The translations under genes were made by a program, and so were the position numbers. This document shows, piece by piece, positions 1 through 9,867 of a DNA stretch of 32,000 bases. This stretch comes from Geobacter sulfurreducens PCA (GTDB lineage Bacteria; Desulfobacterota; Desulfuromonadia; Geobacterales; Geobacteraceae), in the NCBI RefSeq assembly GCF_000007985.2, contig NC_002939.5, positions 3,570,001 to 3,602,000 on the forward strand, written 5' to 3'. The stretch's first letter is position 1. Every line of letters begins with the position of its first letter. Under the pieces are notes generated by a model. It ran no database searches, had not been told where the DNA came from, and saw only the letters and a program-made list of their open reading frames with translations.

Positions 1-839
1 GGGATTATCTGGAGCGGGCCAGGGAGGCGGCGGTCACCTCGAGCCCCGCCGTGGCTGAACGTCTCGCCGTGGGGGACGACCGCGGCGAGGTGACGGACGA
101 CAACGCGTGCCTGGTCTGCACCTCCCTCTACGCCGCCGAAGGGAGCGATTGGTTCTGGTGGTACGGCGACGATCACTTCTCCGCCCACAGCGACCGATTC
201 GACCGCCTCTTCCGCAGGCACCTCATGAACGTCTATCGGCTGCTGGGCCTCGACGTCCCCCGTGAGCTTTTCGAGCCCATCAAGAAGACCACCCCCGCCG
301 GGCTGGTGCGCGAGCCCGCGGCCCTCATCACGCCCCAGGTGAACGGCCGGGTGGATGATTACTTCGAATGGCTCGCCGCCGGGCTGTTCGACCTCTCAAA
401 ACAGTCATCCGCCATGCACGCAGCCGAAAGCCTGTTCCAGTCCTTTTTCTACGGATTCGATCGGAAGAACCTCTACTTCCGGCTCGACAGCCCTGCCCGA
501 CTGACGGAACTGCTGCAGCCGGACGACGAACTCCATCTGAACGTGGTCACGGGCGGTGAGTTCCGCCTTGACATCACCCCGGCCGCGACTGACGGACCGC
601 TCCTGCGCCGCGGTGACGGCACCTGGTACGCGACCGGCTCCCGGGGGGCCTGGGCCATCGACCGTATCTGCGAAGTGGCGATCCCGCTGGCCCCCTTGGG
701 ATTGGAGCCCCGTGGAAAGCTCTTTGCCTCCGTCACCCTTACCCGCGGAGGCGAGGAGTTCGGCCGCTGGCCTGCCGACGCCCCGCTGCTTCTTGCCTAT
801 GCAGGGCCCGAACTGGAAATCGACAACTGGATGATTTAG
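1..839 (+). CDS. Glycoside hydrolase family 57 protein, C-terminal part (5' end lies upstream of the window)
   Basis: Frame 3 is open from base 3 with no stop before the listed 51..839 ORF, so the gene enters from upstream. The motif EGSDWFWWYGDDHF is typical of GH57 enzymes. It lies directly upstream of glycogen genes. Confidence 0.8.
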   Translation, partial: DYLERAREAAVTSSPAVAERLAVGDDRGEVTDDNACLVCTSLYAAEGSDWFWWYGDDHFSAHSDRFDRLFRRHLMNVYRLLGLDVPRELFEPIKKTTPAGLVREPAALITPQVNGRVDDYFEWLAAGLFDLSKQSSAMHAAESLFQSFFYGFDRKNLYFRLDSPARLTELLQPDDELHLNVVTGGEFRLDITPAATDGPLLRRGDGTWYATGSRGAWAIDRICEVAIPLAPLGLEPRGKLFASVTLTRGGEEFGRWPADAPLLLAYAGPELEIDNWMI

Positions 840-849
840 CGGAGGACCA

Positions 850-1875
850 ATGTCCGAACTGAGATGGGACCCCCTGAAGCAGCACTGGGTAATCATAGCC
901 ACCGAACGGGGGCGCAGACCCCGGGACTTCATGGTGGAGCACGAAACCACGGATGCGGCCTGCTGCCCTTTCTGCTACGGGCTGGAAGGAAAGACTCCGC
1001 CGGAAATTTACGCCGTACGCGACACGGGCGTCGCTAATTCCCCCGGGTGGAAAGTACGGGTGATCCCCAACAAATACCCGGCCCTGCGTATCGAGGGCAA
1101 CCTCAACAGCCGGGGGTTCGGCCCCTATGACGTCCTGAACGGCATCGGCGCCCATGAAGTGATCATCGAAACCCCCGATCACGACCGGGATATGGCCGAG
1201 CTCTCACCGGCAGAGATCACCGAGGTCCTCAGGGCTTGGCGAGCCCGGTTTCTGGATCTGCGCCGCGACACCCGCTTCCGCTACATGGTCCTCTTCAAAA
1301 ACCACGGCACCAAGGCCGGCGCCACCCTGTCCCACTCTCACAGCCAGCTCATCGCCGTCCCCCTCATCCCCCCGGTGGCGGCAACCGAACTGCGGGTATG
1401 CAAAGAGTACTTCTCCGCCAAGGAGCGTTGCCTCATCTGCGACCTGATCGACTTCGAACTGAAGAGCGGCGAGCGCATCGTCCGGGAGTTCGCCAACTAC
1501 GTCATCATGACCCCCTATGCGGCCTGCTTCCCCTTCGAGGTGCGGCTCTATCCCAAGCGACACGCCTTTGATTTCGCTCTGCTGCCCGATGCGGAACTGG
1601 CGGAGCTGGCTGTGGCGCTCAAGGACATGCTCACCCGCTTGCGAAGCGTCCTGCGCGATCCACCCTACAATTTCATCCTCCATACCGCCCCGCCGCGCCA
1701 TCCGCGCCTCGGCAAGCCCGGCTACTGGAGTTCCATCGAATATGATTACCACTGGCACATCGAATTGGTGCCGAGGCTGACCCAGATCGCCGGGTTCGAG
1801 TGGGGAACCGGCTTCCACATCAATCCGACGTCGCCGGAAGACGCCGCGGCATTCCTCAGGGAAGCGGGGGCATGA
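850..1875 (+). CDS. galT: GalT-like HIT-family hexose-1-phosphate nucleotidyltransferase (galactose-1-phosphate uridylyltransferase family)
   Basis: GGAGGA RBS at 841-846. N-terminal Cys cluster CCPFC. His-x-His-x-Gln active-site-type motif SHSHSQL. Size (341 aa) and overall pattern fit the GalT family. Confidence 0.8.
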   Translation: MSELRWDPLKQHWVIIATERGRRPRDFMVEHETTDAACCPFCYGLEGKTPPEIYAVRDTGVANSPGWKVRVIPNKYPALRIEGNLNSRGFGPYDVLNGIGAHEVIIETPDHDRDMAELSPAEITEVLRAWRARFLDLRRDTRFRYMVLFKNHGTKAGATLSHSHSQLIAVPLIPPVAATELRVCKEYFSAKERCLICDLIDFELKSGERIVREFANYVIMTPYAACFPFEVRLYPKRHAFDFALLPDAELAELAVALKDMLTRLRSVLRDPPYNFILHTAPPRHPRLGKPGYWSSIEYDYHWHIELVPRLTQIAGFEWGTGFHINPTSPEDAAAFLREAGA

Positions 1876-1879
1876 CACG

Positions 1880-3334
1880 ATGAAAGTCCTCATGGTTGCA
1901 TCCGAAGTGGCCCCCTTCGCCCGGACCGGCGGACTGGCCGAGGTGACTGCGGCCCTGCCCGCGGCCTTGCGCCGGATGGGACACGACGTGCGGGTCATCA
2001 TGCCCTTTTATCGGTGCGCTGCCCAGACTGAACTGGGGGTCCGCAAGGCGCGCAAAAGCGCCGAAGTCTCCCTCAATGGCGAGACGCACAAGGGATTTCT
2101 CCGCCAAGCCGCCCTGGGAGATGTGCCGGTCTACTTGGTGGAGAACCGGGAGTTCTTTTCCCGCGACTATCTCTACGGCACACCCGAAGGCGACTATCCG
2201 GACAACCCGCGCCGTTTCGCCTTTTTCTGCCGCAGTGTTTTGCAGTTTCTCAAGCGGATGGACTTTCGCCCCGACGTGATCCACTGCCACGACTGGCAGA
2301 CCGCCCTGATCCCCATCATTCTGCGCCTCGAAGCGGCCGACGACCCGTTTTTCGCCCGTACGGCCACGGTCTTCACCATTCACAACCTGGCCTACCAGGG
2401 GCTGTTTCCCGCCCCGGCCATCGCCGAAACGGGGCTGCCATCAGCTCTGTTCACCACCGAGTGGCTCGAGTACTACGGCCAGCTCAATCTCATGAAGGGG
2501 GCAATCCTCACGGCGGATCTCATCACCACCGTATCCGAAACCTATCGCCGGGAGATCATGACCCCCACGCAGGGATGCGGCCTGGAGGGGGTGCTGGCCC
2601 GGCGCGGCGACGACCTGTTCGGCATCGTGAACGGCATCGATACCGACGAGTGGAATCCGGCCGCCGATAAGCGCATTTTCCGCAACTACTCGGCCCGGGC
2701 TCTGGCAGGCAAGGCCGCTGACAAGCTTGAACTCCAGCGGGAATTGGGCATGCCGGCAGCGCCATCGGTGCCGCTCATCGGCATGGTCAGCCGGCTCGCG
2801 GAGCAAAAGGGGATCGACCTGGTGCTGGAGCTTCTGCCCCGCCTGGCCGAGAGCGAACTTCAATTCGTACTGCTCGGCACCGGCAATGCCTGCTACCTGG
2901 AGCGCCTGAACTCCTTCCGCAGCAAAGGTGCTGCCAACATCTCCATCAACCTGGGCTTCAATGACCCGCTGGCACCGAAGATCTATGCCGGCAGCGACCT
3001 GTTCCTCATGCCGTCGCGTTTCGAGCCGTGTGGCCTGAGCCAGCTCATTGCAATGCGCTACGGGACGGTCCCGGTAGTCCGACACACGGGGGGACTCCGG
3101 GATACGGTCGTCGACGTCACGCGCCATCCCCGCGAGGGGACCGGCTTCACCTTCGAAGACTTTACCGCCGACGCCTGCTGGGAAGCCATCGAACGGGCGC
3201 TGGCCGGCTACCGGGACCGGGAGTCGTGGCGCAGGATCATGCGCAGGGGCATGCACAGAGATGTTTCGTGGCACAATGCGGCAGGCCGCTATGAGACGCT
3301 GTACCGAATGGCGGCGGACACTAGACGGGGGTAG
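1880..3334 (+). CDS. glgA: Glycogen synthase (ADP-glucose type, GT5)
   Basis: N-terminus MKVLMVASEVAPFARTGGLAEV carries the K-x-GGL signature. 484 aa. It starts 5 nt after the galT-like stop. Confidence 0.95.
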   Translation: MKVLMVASEVAPFARTGGLAEVTAALPAALRRMGHDVRVIMPFYRCAAQTELGVRKARKSAEVSLNGETHKGFLRQAALGDVPVYLVENREFFSRDYLYGTPEGDYPDNPRRFAFFCRSVLQFLKRMDFRPDVIHCHDWQTALIPIILRLEAADDPFFARTATVFTIHNLAYQGLFPAPAIAETGLPSALFTTEWLEYYGQLNLMKGAILTADLITTVSETYRREIMTPTQGCGLEGVLARRGDDLFGIVNGIDTDEWNPAADKRIFRNYSARALAGKAADKLELQRELGMPAAPSVPLIGMVSRLAEQKGIDLVLELLPRLAESELQFVLLGTGNACYLERLNSFRSKGAANISINLGFNDPLAPKIYAGSDLFLMPSRFEPCGLSQLIAMRYGTVPVVRHTGGLRDTVVDVTRHPREGTGFTFEDFTADACWEAIERALAGYRDRESWRRIMRRGMHRDVSWHNAAGRYETLYRMAADTRRG

Positions 3335-3337
3335 CGG

Positions 3338-3505
3338 ATGGGAGACGGGAAAGACGATCTTGAATCATTGAGCCGGGAGATTCGGAAGATCATCGACACC
3401 AACCGGCAATTTCTCGACCGGATCATGGACGACGACTTCGAGGCTGACGGCGACGAGGCGGGGGAACCGCACGGGGAAGCGGAAGAGGAATTCGAGGAAT
3501 TGTAG
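3338..3505 (+). CDS. Small acidic hypothetical protein (55 aa), below the ORF-track cutoff
   Basis: The ATG lies 3 nt after the glgA stop. My hand translation is MGDGKDDLESLSREIRKIIDTNRQFLDRIMDDDFEADGDEAGEPHGEAEEEFEEL. GC3 is about 70%, like neighbouring genes. A strong terminator hairpin follows. Confidence 0.55.
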   Translation: MGDGKDDLESLSREIRKIIDTNRQFLDRIMDDDFEADGDEAGEPHGEAEEEFEEL

Positions 3506-3531
3506 CCTCATATCCGCCGACGCAACGAAAA

Positions 3532-3559
3532 AGCCCCCCGGAGAGCTCTCCGGGGGGCT
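3532..3559. terminator. Bidirectional intrinsic terminator hairpin between the glgA operon and imcH
   Basis: Perfect 14-bp palindrome AGCCCCCCGGAGAG/CTCTCCGGGGGGCT between convergent genes, flanked by an A-run upstream (AAAAA) and by CTTGCTG downstream. Confidence 0.7.
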
Positions 3560-3576
3560 TGCTGCTGCAGGCCGTG

Positions 3577-5100
3577 TCAGTGCTTGCCGGGGCCCTCGCC
3601 GCCGGCAGAGTCCTCGGCGGCCGCCATGTGGCAGTCGCTGCAGTTAACGTTATAGAGCGCATCGCCGATGTCGGCCGGGTGGACGAACTCCTTGACCACC
3701 TTTCCTTCCGGGATGTTCTCGCCCTTCTGGCCGATCATCTCGTGGCACATGTTGCAGTCCTTGGAAATGATCTTGCCGGTGGACGTCTTATGCTTGCCGT
3801 CGTGGCAACGGAAGCAGCCCGGCGTATAGAAGTGGCCGATATGGTTCGGATACGTGCTCCAGGTGACCTTCATCCGGGGGAAGAAGTTCCGGGAGTAAAT
3901 ATCCTTCACATGTGCCACGGCCTGGTTGATGGCCGCGGCTTTGACTTTGGCCACCTCGGGGAAGTTCTTGGCATAGTACTCGGGAAGCTTCGCCTCAATG
4001 GCCGCATGGGCCTCTTCCTTGGACTTGTAGGGCTGCTCGAGGATTTCCACGGCCACCTTTTTGATGTAGGGAAGCCCTGCGTCGATCTGGCCTGACACGA
4101 TATGCTCATCCATCTCGCGGGCCGGTGAACGATAGATGTGAGTCGGCCGGTTGTGGCAGTCGATGCAGTCCATGCGCCGCTTCTCGGCCTTGGCAATCTC
4201 CTCGCGAGTAAGCGGCTTTTCGGTATCCATGTACTCGACGATGCTGCCATCCTTCTGCTTGACTGCCACATAGGGGATATCGAGCCGCTTTCTGTCGCGG
4301 GCGATGTAGGTGACCTCGGTGCCGATATGCCAGTGGATACCCATGGCATGGGGAGACTTGGGCGTCCCGCCGATCTTGATCAGCATGTTGATTTCGCGGG
4401 GGGTGTTTTCCTTGTTGGGCGCATAGTGATAAAACACTCGCTGCCGGCCGGAGTAGAACTTCTCCGGCCAGTGACACTGCTCGCAGGTGTCCCTCGCCGG
4501 CCGCAAATTCTCTATGGGGGTGGCGATGGGGAAGTGGTAGCTGTGGGTCAGCACCGCCCAGACCTGACGCAGGCCCGAAAGCTTGGCCTTCACGTACCAC
4601 TCGGCGCCCGGTCCCACGTGGCACTCCACGCACTTGACCCGGGCGTGGGGAGATCCTTGCCACGCCTTGTGCTCGGGCTCCATGACCACGTGACAGAGCT
4701 CGCCGCAAAAGGTGGTCGACTCGGTGAACTCGAAGCCAAGGATAGACGCCACCGAAACGATAAGGACGAAGATGACGCTGGCCAGCACGAAGAAAATGAA
4801 CAGCCGGCGCTTGTGGGGATCATTGAAATCCACCCGCGGGTAGGGCGGCACCTCTTCGGGCACTTCGGTCCGCCGCTGGTTACGGACGCGCCAGGCACCG
4901 ATCGGCACGAGAATAAGGCCGAGGATGAGCATGCCCGGGAAGGCGAAATAGACCAGGAGCCCGATGTAGGGGTGGTCGATGCCGGTGATCATCTCCATCG
5001 CGATGAACGCGATGATGAGTCCCGTTGCCACCACGGCCAAGAGAAACCCGATCAGACTGATGGGGTTCCAGAGGTAACCTGCGGTTTTGCGCAATGTCAT
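3577..5100 (-). CDS. imcH: Inner-membrane multihaem c-type cytochrome ImcH (NapC/NirT-related, 7 haem motifs, 3 N-terminal TM helices)
   Basis: Three hydrophobic helices in the first ~120 aa. Haem motifs are CGELCH (CX3CH), CVECH, CEQCH, CIDCH, CFRCH, CNMCH and CSDCH. GGAGGAG RBS. The architecture matches what is published for Geobacter ImcH (GSU3259). Confidence 0.88.
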   Translation of the reverse strand: MTLRKTAGYLWNPISLIGFLLAVVATGLIIAFIAMEMITGIDHPYIGLLVYFAFPGMLILGLILVPIGAWRVRNQRRTEVPEEVPPYPRVDFNDPHKRRLFIFFVLASVIFVLIVSVASILGFEFTESTTFCGELCHVVMEPEHKAWQGSPHARVKCVECHVGPGAEWYVKAKLSGLRQVWAVLTHSYHFPIATPIENLRPARDTCEQCHWPEKFYSGRQRVFYHYAPNKENTPREINMLIKIGGTPKSPHAMGIHWHIGTEVTYIARDRKRLDIPYVAVKQKDGSIVEYMDTEKPLTREEIAKAEKRRMDCIDCHNRPTHIYRSPAREMDEHIVSGQIDAGLPYIKKVAVEILEQPYKSKEEAHAAIEAKLPEYYAKNFPEVAKVKAAAINQAVAHVKDIYSRNFFPRMKVTWSTYPNHIGHFYTPGCFRCHDGKHKTSTGKIISKDCNMCHEMIGQKGENIPEGKVVKEFVHPADIGDALYNVNCSDCHMAAAEDSAGGEGPGKH

Positions 5101-5180
5101 ACATCTCCTCCACTTTGAAACGCTTTTTTACCAATTCACTATTGGTTCCACAGAAGCCTTACAAGCATGAAAGGGTAGAC

Positions 5181-5208
5181 AATATAATCAGCTGATTCGT
5201 TTTGTCAA
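5181..5208 (-). promoter_or_regulatory. Candidate sigma70 promoter for imcH
   Basis: On the minus strand: TTGACA (5208-5203), 16 nt spacer, TATATT (5186-5181). It sits in a ~350-bp AT-rich divergent intergenic region and predicts a ~75-nt leader. Confidence 0.4.
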
Positions 5209-5330
5209 ATGTTAAAAACAGTACCACAAAAAAGTGGTTGTGAAAGGGAACGGTTAAGAATAATCCCTCTGCAGTGGACCACATGAATCGTTTTTTAAAA
5301 TATGGTTTTCTATCGGCACATGCCGTCCGC

Positions 5331-5359
5331 TTGACACTACCTGCTGATTTTGCTAGCTT
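5331..5359 (+). promoter_or_regulatory. Candidate sigma70 promoter for the aminotransferase gene
   Basis: TTGACA (5331-5336), 17 nt spacer, TAGCTT (5354-5359). The -10 element is weak. Confidence 0.3.
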
Positions 5360-5451
5360 CGAAGCCCACAACAGACTAAAAACCAACAGGTTCCCGAGCG
5401 AACCGACCCCCCAGACGGCCGGGGAGCGGCGACGGGAGCAGGAGAGAGTCC

Positions 5452-6525
5452 ATGGCAAAAAAACTATTCATTCCCGGACCGGTCGACGTCCACCCCGAGA
5501 TCCTCCAGGCCATGGCCTCTCCCATGATCGGCCACCGCATGCCCGAATACGCAGCGCTCCACGGGCGGGTAACCGCCGGCCTCAAGCGGGTACTGGCCAC
5601 GGACGGACGGGTATTTCTCGCCACATCGAGCGCCTTCGGCGTCATGGAGGGGGCGGTACGGAACCTGGTGGCGAAGCGGTGCGTCAACTTCTGCAACGGC
5701 GCTTTTTCCGACAAATGGCACGACGTGACCAAGCGCTGTGGCAAAGAGGCCGATGCGGTCAAGGTCGAGTGGGGCAAGCCGATCACCCCCGAAATCGTGG
5801 ATCAGGCACTGGCCACGGGCAAGTACGACGCTATCACCCTCATCCACAACGAGACCTCCACCGGGGTCATGTCCCCCCTGCCGGAGATTGCCCGGGTCCT
5901 GCGGAACTATCCCGACGTGGTCTCCATTATCGACACCGTCTCGTCCATGAGCGCGCTCCCCGTTCCCGTGGACGAACTGGGCATCGACTGCTGCATCTTC
6001 GGGGTTCAGAAGGCCTTTGCCCTGCCGCCGGGATTGGCCGTTTTCACCGCCAGTGACAAGGCCCTGGCCCGTGCCAGGACAGTAGAGGGGCGCGGCTACT
6101 ATTTCGACTTCCTTGAATTCGAAGCCAACGACGAAAAAAATAACACCCCCTCGACCCCTTGCATCTCCCACATTTATGCCATGGACCGACAACTGGAGCG
6201 ATTCTTCGCCGAAGGCCTCGAGCAGCGATGGGCACGGCACCGGCAACTGGCGGGAATGGTGCGCGAGTGGGTCACCGACCGGGGATTCGGGTTCTTTGCC
6301 GATGAGCCCTACCGCTCCGTAACCCTCACCTGCGCCCTCAACACCCGGGACACGGACCTGGCCCGGTTGAAGAAGATGCTCGGCGAACGCGGCTACGCCT
6401 TTGACGACGGCTACGGCAAGATCAAGGGTAAGACCTTCCGCGTTGCCCACATGGGAGACATGCAACGGACCGACCTGGAAGAGTTCCTGGCAACGGCCGA
6501 TGAGTGCCTGGCAGAGCTTGGCTAG
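5452..6525 (+). CDS. Class V pyridoxal-phosphate aminotransferase (serine-glyoxylate / phosphoserine aminotransferase-like)
   Basis: GGAGAG RBS. N-terminus LFIPGPVDVHPEILQAM, NETSTGV, and FGVQKAF (PLP lysine context) are typical of AGXT/SerC-like class V enzymes. Confidence 0.88.
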   Translation: MAKKLFIPGPVDVHPEILQAMASPMIGHRMPEYAALHGRVTAGLKRVLATDGRVFLATSSAFGVMEGAVRNLVAKRCVNFCNGAFSDKWHDVTKRCGKEADAVKVEWGKPITPEIVDQALATGKYDAITLIHNETSTGVMSPLPEIARVLRNYPDVVSIIDTVSSMSALPVPVDELGIDCCIFGVQKAFALPPGLAVFTASDKALARARTVEGRGYYFDFLEFEANDEKNNTPSTPCISHIYAMDRQLERFFAEGLEQRWARHRQLAGMVREWVTDRGFGFFADEPYRSVTLTCALNTRDTDLARLKKMLGERGYAFDDGYGKIKGKTFRVAHMGDMQRTDLEEFLATADECLAELG

Positions 6526-6639
6526 CCTATTGCTCGCGCCGATCGCGCCGGCCGCTTCCATTTGCCGTTCCTCATGGTACAAATTTGTGTTATGGTAGAG
6601 TTCATTGTGCCGCTCACCCCTATGTGCAGGAGGGCTTGA

Positions 6640-7092
6640 ATGAACAGCAAAATGATCCTGCTGGTGGAAGACAATCCCGACGACGAGGTTCTGACCCTCC
6701 GCGCCCTCGGCAAACATGCCATTACGCCCGATGTGACGGTAGTGCGCGACGGGGTGGAGGCCCTGGACTTCCTCTTCGGGACAGGCTCCTACAGCGACCG
6801 GGATCTGAGCATCATGCCGAAGCTAGTGCTGCTCGACCTGAAACTGCCCAAGGTGGACGGCCTCGAGGTTTTGCGCCGGCTGAGGGCCGACCAGCGGACG
6901 CGGCTCCTGCCGGTGGTGGTCTTCACCTCCTCCAACGAGGAGCAGGACATCCTCGAATGTCACAACCTCGGCGCCAACAGCTACATCCGCAAGCCGGTGG
7001 ACTTCAATCAACTCAGTGAAGCCCTGCGGCTCATCGGCACCTACTGGCTGAACCTCAACCTCACTCCCAAGTCCGCCGGCGCGGCACGATAG
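6640..7092 (+). CDS. Single-domain response regulator (CheY-like receiver)
   Basis: ILLVEDNPDDEVL, LVLLDLKLPKVDG (phospho-acceptor Asp context), VVVFTSS and YIRKP are canonical REC motifs. AGGAGG RBS. Confidence 0.9.
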   Translation: MNSKMILLVEDNPDDEVLTLRALGKHAITPDVTVVRDGVEALDFLFGTGSYSDRDLSIMPKLVLLDLKLPKVDGLEVLRRLRADQRTRLLPVVVFTSSNEEQDILECHNLGANSYIRKPVDFNQLSEALRLIGTYWLNLNLTPKSAGAAR

Positions 7093-7101
7093 ACGTCCCC
7101 G

Positions 7102-7138
7102 CGGCACGGGCTCACCCGTGCCGTTCCATTTTCTTCCC
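7102..7138 (+). terminator. Intrinsic terminator after the receiver gene
   Basis: Stem CGGCACGGG, loop CTCA, stem CCCGTGCCG (9 bp), followed by the T-rich tract TTCCATTTTCTT. Confidence 0.6.
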
Positions 7139-7155
7139 AAGGTGTCCCCATTTCC

Positions 7156-9150
7156 ATGGAACGCTTCAGACTGGCTAGCGATTACGAGCCCCGCGGCGAC
7201 CAGCCCCGGGCCATTGCCGAACTCTCGGAAGGGATTGTCAGGGGCGACCGGGATCAGGTGCTCCTGGGGGTCACCGGCAGCGGCAAAACGTTTACCATGG
7301 CCAACGTCATCGCCGCCGTGAACCGCCCCGCCTTGGTCCTGGCCCCCAACAAGACCCTGGCGGCCCAGCTCTATGGCGAATTCCGGGAACTATTTCCGGA
7401 CAATGCCGTGGAATATTTCGTCTCATACTACGACTACTACCAGCCGGAAGCCTACATCCCCACCACCGACACCTTCATCGAGAAGGATTCCTCCATCAAC
7501 GACGAGATCGACAAGTTGCGCCATGCGGCCACGCGGAGCCTGCTGACCCGGCGCGACGTGATCATCGTTGCCTCGGTGTCATGCATATACGGCATCGGCT
7601 CCCCGGCCGAGTACCAGGCCATGCACATCTTCTTTCACCAGGGGGACGAGTACGGCCGGGACGAACTGCTGCGGAAGCTGGTCGACATCCAGTATGAACG
7701 GAATGATCTGGACTTCCACCGGGGGACCTTCCGGGTGCGGGGGGACATCGTGGAGATATTCCCGGCCCACGAGGGGGAGCGGGCCTACCGGATCGAGTTC
7801 TTCGGCGACACGGTGGACGCGATCAGCGAAATCGATCCCTTGCGAGGCGTGGTGGTCCAGCGCCTGACCAAGTGCGCCGTCTATCCGGCTTCCCATTACG
7901 TGGCGACGCGCGAGACCCTGGACCGGGCCATGGAGGAGATCCGCACCGACCTGCGGGAGCGACTCCAGTGGTTCCGGGAGCGGAACATGCTCGTGGAGGC
8001 CCAGCGGCTGGAACAGCGAACAATGTTCGACCTGGAGATGATGGAGGAGATGGGATTCTGCCAGGGGATCGAGAACTATTCCCGCTACTTCGACGGCCGG
8101 ACGCCGGGGGAGCCCCCCTACACCCTGCTCGACTACTTCCCCCGTGACTTCATCCTCTTCGTGGACGAATCCCACATTACCGTCTCCCAGGTAGGGGGGA
8201 TGTACCGGGGGGACCGGAGCAGGAAAGAAACTTTGGTGAACTACGGCTTCCGCCTACCGGCGGCCCTGGACAACCGGCCCCTCACCTTCGGGGAGTTCAC
8301 CGAACGGCTCAACCAGAGCGTCTACGTCTCGGCCACCCCGGCCGACTACGAGCTGCAGCAGAGCGGCGGCGTGGTGGTGGAACAGGTGATCAGGCCCACG
8401 GGCCTCCTGGACCCGGTCATCGAGGTCCGTCCTGCCACGGAGCAGGTGGACGATCTCCTGCACGAGGTCCGGGAGACCACGGCCCGGGGCGAACGGGTGC
8501 TCGTAACCACCCTCACCAAGCGGATGGCCGAGGACCTGACCGATTACTACCGGGACCTGGGGGTGCGGGTCAGATACCTCCATTCCGACATAGACACTAT
8601 CCAGCGGATGCAGATCATCCGTGATCTGCGCATGGGGGAGTTCGATGTCCTGGTCGGCATCAACCTCCTGCGGGAAGGGCTCGACATTCCCGAAGTGTCG
8701 CTGGTGGCGATTCTCGACGCCGACAAGGAGGGGTTCCTCCGCTCCGCCCGTTCCCTCATCCAGACCTGTGGCCGGGCCGCTCGCAACGTGAACGGCAGGG
8801 TCATCATGTACGCCGATACCGTAACCGGCTCCATGCAGAGCTGCCTCGACGAAACCGCCCGGCGTCGTGCTCTTCAGGAGGCCTTCAACACCGAACACGG
8901 CATCACGCCCCAGACCGTGAAAAAGGGGCTGCGGACCATCCTGGAGTCCATCGAGGAGCGTGATTACTACACCGTCGCCGCCGTTGCCGAGACTCGGGAA
9001 GAGTACATCTCTGCCGACGAGATACCGAAAAGGGTGAAGAAGCTCCGCAAGGAGATGCTCGACGCGGCAAAGAAGCTGGAGTTCGAACGGGCGGCCGATC
9101 TCAGGGATCAGATCAAAAAACTGGAAGAAATGGAGCTGCGGCTGCGCTGA
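7156..9150 (+). CDS. uvrB: Excinuclease ABC subunit B
   Basis: GVTGSGKTF Walker [11 protein letters not shown], helicase motifs, and the C-terminal UVR motif [13 protein letters not shown]. 664 aa. Confidence 0.97.
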
Positions 9151-9171
9151 CCGCTCCACGGGGGACATCCG

Positions 9172-9867
9172 ATGAAGGAACCACGCGTACTGCTCGTTGA
9201 TGACGAGCGATTCTTCCTGAATCTCCAGCAGGAGTTTCTGGCGGATTCCCCCGTGCGGGTCATCACCGCCCAGAACGGCCGGGAGGCGCTTGACATGATC
9301 CAGCGGGACCGGCCGGGCATCGTCTACCTGGATCTACGGATGCCTGAACTTGATGGTGCCGCCTGTTGCTCCGCCATCAAGAACAACCCCGATCTCAGGA
9401 ACACGCCGGTGGTCATGGTGGTGAGCGAGGGTAAGCCCCGCGATCGGGAGGTCTGCCTGGATGCCGGGTGCAACGGCATCATCAGCAAGCCGCTGGACCG
9501 GATTCAGTTCCTGTCGGTGGGTCGGCGGCTCTTCCCGGCCATTGAACGCCGCCAGCCCCGCTATCCCTTCTCGGCCCTCGCCTTCTTCCGGATCCGGGAT
9601 ACCAGCTTCCACGGCACCATCGCCGACATCAGCCTCGGCGGCGCCTATATCGCGTGTCGCTGCGACCTCGCCGCAAAGGAGGATATCCGTCTCGGCTTTA
9701 TCCTCGACAACACGGCGGTCGTCGAATGCCGGGCGCGGGTCGCCTGGACGAACCAGGGGGGAATGCGCCCCCGCAAGAGCCTTCCGGACGGATTCGGCGT
9801 CCAGTTCCAGGCCATGGAGCCTCCTCACCAGGAGGTTGTCCGGCAGCTCGTGGCGAGGCTCGGATGA
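9172..9867 (+). CDS. Response regulator with C-terminal PilZ (c-di-GMP binding) domain
   Basis: REC motifs: LLVDDE, VYLDLRMPELDG and ISKPL. PilZ motifs: RRQPR (9547-9561) and DISLGG (9625-9642). Confidence 0.88.
   Translation: MKEPRVLLVDDERFFLNLQQEFLADSPVRVITAQNGREALDMIQRDRPGIVYLDLRMPELDGAACCSAIKNNPDLRNTPVVMVVSEGKPRDREVCLDAGCNGIISKPLDRIQFLSVGRRLFPAIERRQPRYPFSALAFFRIRDTSFHGTIADISLGGAYIACRCDLAAKEDIRLGFILDNTAVVECRARVAWTNQGGMRPRKSLPDGFGVQFQAMEPPHQEVVRQLVARLG

Noticed and set aside
5360-5451. Possible riboswitch or structured leader ahead of the aminotransferase gene
   Set aside because: Only short, weak pairings are present (CCCC...GGGG). I recognise no riboswitch core.
9654-9863. Upstream extension of the MFS ORF (track start 9654)
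   Set aside because: It would overlap 210 nt of the REC-PilZ gene in another frame, and its translation is Arg/Pro/Gly-rich. The ATG at 9864 gives an ATGA coupling and a typical UMF1 N-terminus.
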